Assembly (NCBI GenBank): GCA_018062825.1
Contig: JAGORL010000002.1
Span: 65,629-129,628 of the forward strand
DNA: 64,000 nucleotides
Reading direction: 5' to 3'
Origin: Patescibacteria group bacterium
GTDB taxonomy: Bacteria; Patescibacteriota; Patescibacteriia; UBA9934
The translations under genes were made by a program, and so were the position numbers. Position 1 is the stretch's first letter. Each line of letters starts with the position of its first letter. The notes beneath the pieces are model-generated. The model had not been told where the DNA came from. It saw only the letters and a program-made list of their open reading frames with translations, and searched no databases. Positions 29,612 through 37,183 of this stretch are shown here, piece by piece.

Positions 29612-29615
29612 TCAT

Positions 29616-30623
29616 ATGGCCGAACAGAAATCACAGATATTCCATGTCGAAGGAATGACATGCGCCTCCTGCGTTTTCTTTATTGAGGAAACCTTACCGG
29701 GAAAGGCAGGGGTGCAGACGGTGAAAGTGAATCTAAAATCTTGTACGGCAGTCGTATCGGGGAAGTTTACGGACGAACCCGTAAAGCTTGCAGAAAAGCT
29801 TACAAAATTCATTGAAAGGAACGGTTACCGTTTGTCGCCTGAGAAAACGGAGGCGAAGAAGAATCATAGAGAATTTCTTATTGCCGTTCCTGCCGCGCTT
29901 TCGTTTATCGTTGCTTTCCTCTTACTTCAACAGCTTGGTTTAGTGAATCTCGTCGGTTTGGGAAGCGTCAGCTACGGCACTGCCGCCTTGGTCGGTCTTA
30001 TTGCGTCTGTTTCAACGTGTCTTGCGGTCGTCGGGGGTCTTGTCTTATCCCTTTCGGCAAACGCCGCCAAGAGCCACGGTAAATGGCAATCCCAGGCGAT
30101 GTTCCATGTCGGCCGGCTGGGAGGGTTCTTTATTCTTGGAGGAGTAATAGGAATGCTTGGCCGGGTCTTCCAACTTGGTCTCGTGGGAACGGGTATCCTT
30201 GGGCTTGTCGTTGCGGTCGTCATGCTCGTCCTTGGTCTGAACCTCATTGATACTTTTCCAGGCGTTGCACGATTAGTGCCAAAGCTGCCAAGGGCATTTG
30301 CGAAGCATACGAGCCGCGCCAGTACGTCCTCGCATATACTCGCTCCGCTTCTTGTCGGGGTTGCGACGTTCTTCTTGCCATGTGGGTTCACCCAATCCAT
30401 GCAGGTTTACACGCTTACGACCGGAAGCTTCCTCACGGGCGCGCTGACGATGTTCTTCTTCGCACTTGGGACGTTCCCCGTCCTTGCCGCTCTTTCATTC
30501 GGTGCGCTTGAAATCTCGCACAAACCTTGGAAGGGTACCTTCTTCAAGGCTGCGGGCATCATTGTTATTGCACTCGCGTTGTTCAACGCTTGGAACGCTT
30601 TCGTTGTTCTCGGAATTCTCTAA
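29616..30623 (+). CDS. HMA (heavy-metal-associated) domain fused to a CcdA/DsbD_2- or TauE-like polytopic membrane domain
   Basis: N-terminal GMTCASCVFFIEETL (the HMA MxCxxC motif). Then ~7 TM helices with conserved Cys in TM1 (STCLAVVGG) and TM4 (FLPCGFTQSM), consistent with CcdA-like thiol transporters. Confidence 0.45.
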   Translation: MAEQKSQIFHVEGMTCASCVFFIEETLPGKAGVQTVKVNLKSCTAVVSGKFTDEPVKLAEKLTKFIERNGYRLSPEKTEAKKNHREFLIAVPAALSFIVAFLLLQQLGLVNLVGLGSVSYGTAALVGLIASVSTCLAVVGGLVLSLSANAAKSHGKWQSQAMFHVGRLGGFFILGGVIGMLGRVFQLGLVGTGILGLVVAVVMLVLGLNLIDTFPGVARLVPKLPRAFAKHTSRASTSSHILAPLLVGVATFFLPCGFTQSMQVYTLTTGSFLTGALTMFFFALGTFPVLAALSFGALEISHKPWKGTFFKAAGIIVIALALFNAWNAFVVLGIL

Positions 30624-30630
30624 TATTTCT

Positions 30631-31023
30631 ATGCAAAAAGATACAAAGATAGCACTCATCTTCTGCGGAATATTGGTCGGCCTTCTTACGCTGACTTTTG
30701 TGTTAAGAGGAAACATAGGATCTGAATCGACAACTGGTGGCGTGACCATGGAAAACGGAAGGCAGATTATCGATATTACGGCGAGGGGCGGGTATACGCC
30801 GAATTTAATCGAAGCACAGGCGGGCTTGCCCACGGATATCCGGGTGCTGACTGATGGAACTTATGATTGTTCCTCAAGTATCATCATTCCGTCCTTGGGG
30901 TACCAAAAGATGCTTCAGGCAACTGGCACCGAAACCATTTCATTGACCGCTGATCAAGCTCAAGGGACCGTTGAAGGGACGTGTGGAATGGGAATGTATC
31001 GTTTTGAAATTGCTTTTAAATAA
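30631..31023 (+). CDS. Cupredoxin-like (Cupredoxin_1) small exported protein
   Basis: Signal anchor MQKDTKIALIFCGILVGLLTLTF. C-terminal GTCGMGMYRFEIAFK and YDCSSSII fit the single-Cys/Met cupredoxin_1 pattern seen in copper operons. ATG at 30631 lies inside ORF 30466..31023. Confidence 0.45.
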   Translation: MQKDTKIALIFCGILVGLLTLTFVLRGNIGSESTTGGVTMENGRQIIDITARGGYTPNLIEAQAGLPTDIRVLTDGTYDCSSSIIIPSLGYQKMLQATGTETISLTADQAQGTVEGTCGMGMYRFEIAFK

Positions 31024-31069
31024 AGCATTGGGCGTAAGAACTGGTTACGCTACAGAACCCGACTCCCCT

Positions 31070-31642
31070 TTAAAAAGGTTCACTGTGAACGGCGTTCTCC
31101 GTCAGCCAGCCGCGAAGCGATTCCGTCGCTCGTACGTCGTCTTCGTTATAGTTCACGATGTCGGTTAACACGCTCCTAATCTGTTTCTCTAGCCACTCCT
31201 CGTACCAAAAGATTGACTGCGCTCCCCCTGCTTTAGCATGACGCCATTTGAAGTTAAGAAACTTGGATTTTGCGATGTCTTTGATGGAGTAAAAGTACAG
31301 GGGGAGAATAACGCATTCCCGTACCACGATTTCCAGATCAACAAAGCGAGTCATGAAGCGGCGGAGCGCCTCGCAATTGCCGTACATGAGCGCTAGCTTG
31401 TTGCACTGTACGCGCTCATATTTATTGTAGTGCCAAACCGTATAACCGTCCTTAGGGAGGATTTCTAACCACCGCAGAAAGACTCCCCACATTTCTCTTT
31501 CGTCGTCTGGTGCTTCAGCGAGAAAATAAACGAAGTAGCGACCATCATCCTGCTTCCGTACATGGCCTATTTTGGCGTATAAGCCCTCAGGATCTCCTGA
31601 AACCCAGAAGCCCCATAAATGTCCACGGTCTCGGATCGAACT
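31070..31642 (-). pseudogene. N-terminally truncated RecB-family/RNase-H-like (TM0106/YprB-like) nuclease remnant
   Basis: The minus-strand frame is open from a TAA at ~31643-31645 down to 31070, with no start codon until the internal M at 31492. The translation ...RYFVYFLAEAPDDEREMWGVFLRWLEILPKDGYTVWHYNKYERVQCNKLALMYGN...IVNYNEDDVRATESLRGWLTENA ends with the YNEDD.RAT..L..WL tail typical of this family. The N-terminal catalytic half is missing. Confidence 0.5.
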
Positions 31643-31764
31643 ATACGCTTAAAGCAGGAAAACTGGCCTTAAACATAGAAGATGTGTGGGAACTGTTCGC
31701 AAAACACTCAGCACAGCTTCATGCGGATATGAAGCTGCTCGAACTCCTAGAAAATGGCGAACCT

Positions 31765-31797
31765 AAAGAAAAAACCACAGAGTTTTTATCTGTGGTT
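31765..31797 (-). terminator. Rho-independent terminator immediately 3' of tRNA-Trp
   Basis: Minus strand: aaccacaga-taaaaact-tctgtggtt followed by TTTTTT. Confidence 0.65.
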
Positions 31798-31803
31798 TCC
31801 TCT

Positions 31804-31878
31804 TGGCAGGGGAACAGGGATTCGAACCCTGAATGACGGTTTTGGAGACCGTAGTGATAACCGTTTCACTATTCCCCT
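31804..31878 (-). tRNA. tRNA-Trp (anticodon CCA)
   Basis: Minus-strand read AGGGGAA-TA-GTGA-AACGGTTA-TCAC-T-ACGGT-CTCCAAA-ACCGT-CATT-CAGGG-TTCGAAT-CCCTG-TTCCCCT-G-CCA. All stems pair; GTTCGAAT T-loop. Confidence 0.85.
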
Positions 31879-32028
31879 ATACATCTGTAGTGATCGTAAC
31901 ATTTCGGAAACAACGTGCAAAAGAAGTAAACGTGCTACTATCAAATCGCACCCCTCTCTATTGGGAAACGTGAGTAGTTTACGTGAAAAGTCGCGGAGTG
32001 TAAAGCGACGCAATACCTCAGAAAACCT

Positions 32029-32631
32029 ATGAAGAAGTACCTAGTCGGGCTCTGTCTGTTGGCGCTAGTAGGCACTGGATGTCTCCAGGAACCGCCCACC
32101 ACCCCACCGCCAAGTGATGTAAATACTACAGGCTGGCAAACATACAATGATTACCTTTCAGGGTTTCAAGTAAGGTACCCAGGCAACGCACCGGTAAACT
32201 TTGAAACAGATCAAGCCATACTTCCAGAAGCTGTTGGTCAAAAAGATCGAACGCTCAATATCACCATTATCCCAACAGCCGAACAAGACGTAGATCAAAA
32301 AGGCTGCGTAACAAATACTGGTACTCCAGAGTCTACGGAAGCTATCAGCCTCGCTTTTCCAACCTGCCTCTCCATTCACAATGAAGGCGCTGCCGGTAGT
32401 ACCTACCGAACCTACACCTACAATGTCGATCTAGAAAAAAAACTCACAGCTCGCTTTGACTTCACCATTCGCTACGCAACAAGCGTACAAGTCTACGCCG
32501 GCTGTGAAACGGATGAGGATCTCAACAAGCAAGCATGTATCGATCTTGCCTTCAACGAAGAGCGGGACACCGAACTTTTCAGCGACATCATGAGCACTCT
32601 AACAGCCTTTCAGGAAGACCCAAGTAACTAA
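32029..32631 (+). CDS. Putative lipoprotein, unknown function
   Basis: Lipobox LVGTGCLQE after a signal peptide. Pro/Thr-rich linker. No recognised domain. Confidence 0.45.
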   Translation: MKKYLVGLCLLALVGTGCLQEPPTTPPPSDVNTTGWQTYNDYLSGFQVRYPGNAPVNFETDQAILPEAVGQKDRTLNITIIPTAEQDVDQKGCVTNTGTPESTEAISLAFPTCLSIHNEGAAGSTYRTYTYNVDLEKKLTARFDFTIRYATSVQVYAGCETDEDLNKQACIDLAFNEERDTELFSDIMSTLTAFQEDPSN

Positions 32632-32632
32632 C

Positions 32633-32664
32633 AAAAAAGACGCCATCACGGCGTCTTTTTTTAC
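32633..32664. terminator. Rho-independent terminator (bidirectional)
   Basis: agacgcc-atcac-ggcgtct followed by TTTTTTT, preceded by A6. Confidence 0.75.
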
Positions 32665-32665
32665 T

Positions 32666-33025
32666 CTACAAATCTTTTCCGTTAAACAATTGCGACTGAA
32701 GGGTAGAAACATCTACGTCATCTAAACAGCGCACATTAACAGCCACTGTATCGTTTCCCTCCTTATCTTTACCGCGACCAAAGGATCGGATGCCGCACGT
32801 CTTACAAAACAAGTGATGAATAACCATCTTGTTGAATTGATAATCAATCAGATTCTCTTCACCAGACACGAGCTTGAAAGCTGAAGCTGGCACAAACGTC
32901 ATGATCCATCCCATCTTTGAACACATAGAACAGTTACACGTTGCTGTGAAGGCCAGATCAGTCTGTACCTCATAGCGCACTGTTCCGCAGTGACACCCGC
33001 CCGTATACGTTTTCATATCAGCCAT
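32666..33025 (-). CDS. GFA family (glutathione-dependent formaldehyde-activating-like / CENP-V) zinc protein
   Basis: YTGGCHCGTVRYEV...CNCSMCSK...CKTCG is the GFA Cys cluster pattern. Confidence 0.6.
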   Translation of the reverse strand: MADMKTYTGGCHCGTVRYEVQTDLAFTATCNCSMCSKMGWIMTFVPASAFKLVSGEENLIDYQFNKMVIHHLFCKTCGIRSFGRGKDKEGNDTVAVNVRCLDDVDVSTLQSQLFNGKDL

Positions 33026-33095
33026 ATGTGCCCGATAGTACCGGAAAGAGACACGCATCACAAATAAAGCAAAAACCGCTATAGTATACGAAACT

Positions 33096-33539
33096 ATGAA
33101 GATCCACGAGCTCGGTCATATTGTCTTTTTTGTCAGCAACCTGCAAAAATCGGCTGATTTCTACAAAGATATTCTCGGATTTCGCGAAATAGATCGCACG
33201 GATCGTACCGCCGTCTTCTCTACCGGCCGCACCCATCACGAAATGCTGCTCATTGAAGTTGGCGGTAAAGCTGACTTTGATAAACGACCAAAACCCGGCC
33301 TGTATCATGTTGGCTTTAAAATCGGCAACTCTCCAGAAGACATCAAAAACGCCTACCAGGAGTTAAAAGAAAAAGAGGTTGTCATTGTCGGTACCGGCGA
33401 TCACACGGTAACCCATAGCATTTATATTCTTGATCCCGACGGTAACGAACTAGAACTGTACGCGGATGTTTCGGATAGCTGGAAAGATGATCATCACGCC
33501 ATCATGACACCTGTAAAACATCTCAACTTGGATATCTAG
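33096..33539 (+). CDS. VOC family protein (glyoxalase/bleomycin-resistance/dioxygenase fold)
   Basis: MKIHELGHIVFFVSNLQKSADFYKDILGFREI... and HHEMLLIE...GLYHVGFKI are typical VOC beta-alpha-beta-beta-beta modules. Confidence 0.6.
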   Translation: MKIHELGHIVFFVSNLQKSADFYKDILGFREIDRTDRTAVFSTGRTHHEMLLIEVGGKADFDKRPKPGLYHVGFKIGNSPEDIKNAYQELKEKEVVIVGTGDHTVTHSIYILDPDGNELELYADVSDSWKDDHHAIMTPVKHLNLDI

Positions 33540-33540
33540 T

Positions 33541-34212
33541 GTGGCAAGCTTTCGAACGCATATCTCTGTTGGCATTGCTCTTGGCGTTGCCGGAGCGATT
33601 GGGTCCCTCGGGCTAGCCTTTGCTCCAGCCAGTTTTGACATTGCTATTCTAATCTTCATCGCCTGCACAATTGGCGCCCTCATGCCAGACATGGATAGCG
33701 ATTCCGGCATACCATTTCATGTTACTTTCGGGTCACTCTCTCTGATTACTGCTGGACTCATCTTCTACTACGCTCTCCAAAGATCAAATGGAGACTATCT
33801 CATCGCTACCCTCAGCGCCTTAAGCGCCGGGGCGATCATCTGGGTAGTAGTCGGAAGCGTGTTCAAAAAATGTACAAAACACCGAGGCATGGCGCACTCA
33901 ACCCCAGCGGCCATTCTCGCCGGCCTCGTAACGCTCACCCTAGCGCTTGCCGTACAATTTGACTCATGGACTGCAACGTACCTTGGAATCGCCGTAACCG
34001 CTGGCTACCTAGCACACCTCATGCTCGACGAATTCCATGCTGCGGTAAACTTCCACGGCACGCCCTTTATTCCAAATAAAGCTCTTGGGAGCGCTCTCAA
34101 ATTCACCTCAAGAAATAAAGCGATCACCACAAGCGTCTATATCGCAATTATTCTGCTCATCATTTGGAATAGCGACGTACTCTCACTACTTGCCAACCGA
34201 GTAACACAGTAA
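33541..34212 (+). CDS. Membrane-bound metal-dependent hydrolase, YdjM/DUF457-like (tentative)
   Basis: GTG start. MASFRTHISVGIALGVAGAI... has the N-terminal THxxxG motif and 5-6 TM helices with His residues, as in DUF457. Confidence 0.4.
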   Translation: MASFRTHISVGIALGVAGAIGSLGLAFAPASFDIAILIFIACTIGALMPDMDSDSGIPFHVTFGSLSLITAGLIFYYALQRSNGDYLIATLSALSAGAIIWVVVGSVFKKCTKHRGMAHSTPAAILAGLVTLTLALAVQFDSWTATYLGIAVTAGYLAHLMLDEFHAAVNFHGTPFIPNKALGSALKFTSRNKAITTSVYIAIILLIIWNSDVLSLLANRVTQ

Positions 34213-34216
34213 ATCT

Positions 34217-34621
34217 ATGAACTATTGGCTTATCAAAACTGAACCCTCAACCTACAGCTGGAGCGATCTTGTCAGTGATAAAGAAACCGAATGGACCGGC
34301 ATACGCAACTATCTAGCACGCAACAATTTACGAGCTATGAAAAACGGCGACCTCGCCTTTGTCTACCATTCATTAACAGACAAAGCGATCGTTGGCGTTG
34401 CTAAGGTAGTTCGAGAAGCAATTCCAGATAGCACAGCAACAGACGGCGACTGGAGCATGGTGCGCTTCAAAGCTGAACATGAACTCCCCCACCCGATAAC
34501 CCTTGAGAGCGCAAAGAAAGATCCTAACCTAAAAGACATGACACTTCTTAAAAGCTCACGTCTTTCAGTGCAACCAGTCACGCAAGCACAGTGGGAGCAT
34601 ATAATGAGTAAAACTTCCTAA
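34217..34621 (+). CDS. EVE (PUA-like) domain protein
   Basis: MNYWLIKTEPSTYSWSDL...WTGIRNYLARNNLRAMKNGDLAFVYHS is the canonical EVE N-terminal signature. Confidence 0.7.
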   Translation: MNYWLIKTEPSTYSWSDLVSDKETEWTGIRNYLARNNLRAMKNGDLAFVYHSLTDKAIVGVAKVVREAIPDSTATDGDWSMVRFKAEHELPHPITLESAKKDPNLKDMTLLKSSRLSVQPVTQAQWEHIMSKTS

Positions 34622-34622
34622 T

Positions 34623-35126
34623 ATGAACCAAGAAAAACTCGGTGGACCCGTTGAGTACGGTAAGTTCGTTGTGCTCGTCGTTATCCTTGTTGTCATCGCA
34701 AACCTGATTGGCAAACAAACCGGCGCCGTCACAGGTGATGGACGCGTCATGGAGCTATCGATGGGACTCTTCTTTGGTACCTTTGGCTTGTTAAAGATCC
34801 TCAAGCTCAAAGACTTTGCTCTAGCCTTCCAAGGTTACGATCTCATCGCCGGTCGATTACCAATCTACGGCTACCTATACCCGCTAATCGAGCTCGCCTT
34901 ATGCGCCATGTTCTTAGCGTCATGGCAAATCATTCCAGCCAGCATACTCACCATCATTGTCATGACCGTAAGCGTTCTTAGTACCGGGTACATTCTCTAT
35001 ATCAAAAAACGCATCCCCTGCGCGTGCGCTGGACTATTTATCAAATTGCCGCTCTCAAAGGTAACCCTCCTTGAAGATACCGCCATGATCGCCATGGCCG
35101 TCATACTCCTCACTAAATACGTGTGA
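34623..35126 (+). CDS. MauE/DoxX-like membrane protein
   Basis: Four TM helices. The CAC motif (IPCACAGLF) in the last helix is as in MauE family proteins. Confidence 0.4.
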   Translation: MNQEKLGGPVEYGKFVVLVVILVVIANLIGKQTGAVTGDGRVMELSMGLFFGTFGLLKILKLKDFALAFQGYDLIAGRLPIYGYLYPLIELALCAMFLASWQIIPASILTIIVMTVSVLSTGYILYIKKRIPCACAGLFIKLPLSKVTLLEDTAMIAMAVILLTKYV

Positions 35127-35392
35127 TTTACCTGCTAGGCATCCTCCTTGGTATCAATCTCTTTGCCTTTGCACTCTTTGGCGCTGATAAACTTTTCGCC
35201 GTCCTTCACTGGCGCCGCATTCGCGAACGTACACTCATCGGCGTAGCGCTAGCCGGAGGTTGCCTGGGCGGCCTTCTTGGCATGTATCTTTTTCGTCATA
35301 AAACAAAAAAGACCTCCTTTCAACTACCACTTGCCCTTGGCATATTGGTTGAGGTTGCGGTACTTACCCTTATTTTTTGGCAATACAAGTAA
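35123..35392 (+). CDS. DUF1294 domain membrane protein
   Basis: FGADKLFAVLHWRRIRERTLIGVALAGGCLGGLLGMYLFRHKTKK matches the DUF1294 core (DK..A.....RIPE..L...AL.GG..G...gM..FRHKT.K). Confidence 0.6.
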   Translation: MIYLLGILLGINLFAFALFGADKLFAVLHWRRIRERTLIGVALAGGCLGGLLGMYLFRHKTKKTSFQLPLALGILVEVAVLTLIFWQYK

Positions 35393-35396
35393 AAAC

Positions 35397-35449
35397 ATTG
35401 ACTTTTATCAGATTTTCATGGATACTATCCCCTTCCTATCAGATAGGAA
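35397..35449 (+). promoter_or_regulatory. Putative promoter (-35 TTGACT, -10 GATACT) followed by a perfect inverted repeat CTTCCTATC-A-GATAGGAAG upstream of the sigma-factor gene
   Basis: Seen directly. The inverted repeat (9-bp arms) is at 35431..35449. Confidence 0.4.
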
Positions 35450-35467
35450 GACTGCACCTTTCACAGG

Positions 35468-36286
35468 ATGGGTATGCCAACAAATACCGAGCTCTTCAGG
35501 GCATTGGCCGAAACAAAAAGCGAGGAGGAACGTCGCGCGCTACGAAATCGAATCGTCGTGAAGAATGTCGGAATCGCCTACTGGTTCGCAAAACGTCACT
35601 GCACGGGCGTGCCAAAAGATAGGCATGAGGATGTCCAACAGGAATGCCTGACTGGACTCATTGAAGCAGCCGAGCGCTTTGACCTAAAGCACGGGGCAAG
35701 CTTCAGCACCTACGCCGCCTGGTGGATGCGACACCAGTTGCAGTTCGTGATCGGTCCGGAATCCTTCGGCGGCGTCACGGTGCCCCGGTACATCCGCGAC
35801 ATCGTCATCAAGACCTCTAAAGAAGGTGGCTACCTCGATCATGTCAAGCGAGGCAAGCATCCAGACTTCATCAAGGGGCTCGATATCGCAGTACAGGTAC
35901 ATCAAGCCCAGCGAGTGAACCTCGACGGCATGACTCGTGACGGCAACGTCCATGAGATGCTAAGCGGTCATGTCATGGATCCGGAAACGCATGCCATGGC
36001 AAGCGAAGCGCTCAATGAAGCCGAGAAGCGCCTCGTGGAAATCGAAACCACCCTGCGACTGATGAAGGTCAATCGCAAAGAGATCCTGGCGCGACGCTAT
36101 GGATTCCTGGGTCACCAACCCGCTGATCAAGCTGAAGTCGCGCGACAGCTCAACTGTAGCCGTCAAAACGTGCAACAGGTCGAACGCAAGGCTCTTGAGG
36201 AACTCGTCGAACGGACGGGATTCTCAGAGCAAGACATCGTGCACATACACGAGCACCGCCACCACCTGGCTGAACTCGTCAACTAG
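35468..36286 (+). CDS. Atypical sigma-70 family RNA polymerase sigma factor
   Basis: Region 2-like FSTYAAWWMRHQLQ. Region 4 HTH ARRYGFLGHQPADQAEVARQLNCSRQNVQQVERKALEEL. A long non-canonical insert lies between them. GC content is visibly higher (about 55-57%) than the surrounding genes. Confidence 0.6.
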   Translation: MGMPTNTELFRALAETKSEEERRALRNRIVVKNVGIAYWFAKRHCTGVPKDRHEDVQQECLTGLIEAAERFDLKHGASFSTYAAWWMRHQLQFVIGPESFGGVTVPRYIRDIVIKTSKEGGYLDHVKRGKHPDFIKGLDIAVQVHQAQRVNLDGMTRDGNVHEMLSGHVMDPETHAMASEALNEAEKRLVEIETTLRLMKVNRKEILARRYGFLGHQPADQAEVARQLNCSRQNVQQVERKALEELVERTGFSEQDIVHIHEHRHHLAELVN

Positions 36287-36287
36287 A

Positions 36288-36318
36288 CCCCCTTAAGGAC
36301 GAAACCTTAGGGGGTTTT
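36288..36318 (+). terminator. Rho-independent terminator
   Basis: cccccttaagg-acgaaa-ccttaggggg followed by TTTT. Confidence 0.7.
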
Positions 36319-37183
36319 GCTTATCAAAACTCCCCTGCTACACTTCTCATATATGTCACCTCTGAAACTCTTGCGCGTTTCCCGCCCCCGCTTCTGGATC
36401 TACGTTCTTGGTCCACTACTTGTGGGCGCCGGAGCAATCATCAATACCAACACCTCACTCATCAGCTGGCAACTTCTTGCACTTGCCCTGTACTTCACCC
36501 TCCCCGCTAATCTACTCATCTACGGAGTAAACGATATCTTTGATTACGAATCAGACAAACACAATGCTAAAAAACAAGGATACGAGGAGTTGGTAGAAAA
36601 AAATGAACACCGCTTGATCACTCTTGCTATCCTAGCCACCAACCTTCCGTTTCTACTCCTGCTTCCCCACCTAGAATGGCAAGCTATCGTGAGTATTATC
36701 GTATTTCTGCTACTCGGCATCTTTTACTCCGCCCCACCAATCCGCGCAAAAACCAAACCATTTCTCGATTCCGCGAGTAACATTCTCTATATGATGCCAG
36801 GGCTTGCTGGCTTCTTTGTAGCAGGCGGCTCAAACCTTTCGCCGTTTCTTGTTATCGCCGCTGGCTTGTGGTGCATGGCTATGCACGCCTATTCCGCTGC
36901 GCCAGACGTTGCCGCAGATAATATTGCTGGCATGAGCACAATTGCTACCACGCTCGAAGAGAAAAATACCGTTCTCTTGTGCTTAGAACTCTATGTCACG
37001 GCTTTTATTTTCAGTGCTGGCATTATCGGATTTCCCTGGATGGCTATCGCCGCAGCGCCCTACATCATCCTTATGGGGCTCTCATACGCTAACCTCAACA
37101 AACTTAAATATTACTACCGCCTTTTCCCTTACATTAATACCGCAGTAGGCATGTACCTATTCTTTCTCGCAATCCTAAAGTGA
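36317..37183 (+). CDS. UbiA family prenyltransferase (carotenoid-cluster associated; possible lycopene elongase-like)
   Basis: NDIFDYESD is the UbiA NDxxDxxxD motif. Polytopic TM. Divergent from crtI-crtB-crtE. True start may be the M of MSPLKLLRV at 36353. Confidence 0.6.
   Translation: MLIKTPLLHFSYMSPLKLLRVSRPRFWIYVLGPLLVGAGAIINTNTSLISWQLLALALYFTLPANLLIYGVNDIFDYESDKHNAKKQGYEELVEKNEHRLITLAILATNLPFLLLLPHLEWQAIVSIIVFLLLGIFYSAPPIRAKTKPFLDSASNILYMMPGLAGFFVAGGSNLSPFLVIAAGLWCMAMHAYSAAPDVAADNIAGMSTIATTLEEKNTVLLCLELYVTAFIFSAGIIGFPWMAIAAAPYIILMGLSYANLNKLKYYYRLFPYINTAVGMYLFFLAILK

Noticed and set aside
31510-31836. 108-aa plus-strand ORF overlapping the nuclease remnant and running into tRNA-Trp
   Set aside because: Antisense to a frame with a clear family signature, and it overlaps a tRNA. 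No start or RBS support.
33541-33543. YdjM-like gene apparently lacking an ATG
   Set aside because: Not rejected as a gene. It is a GTG start immediately after the VOC gene stop, so it is retained with reduced confidence rather than called a pseudogene.
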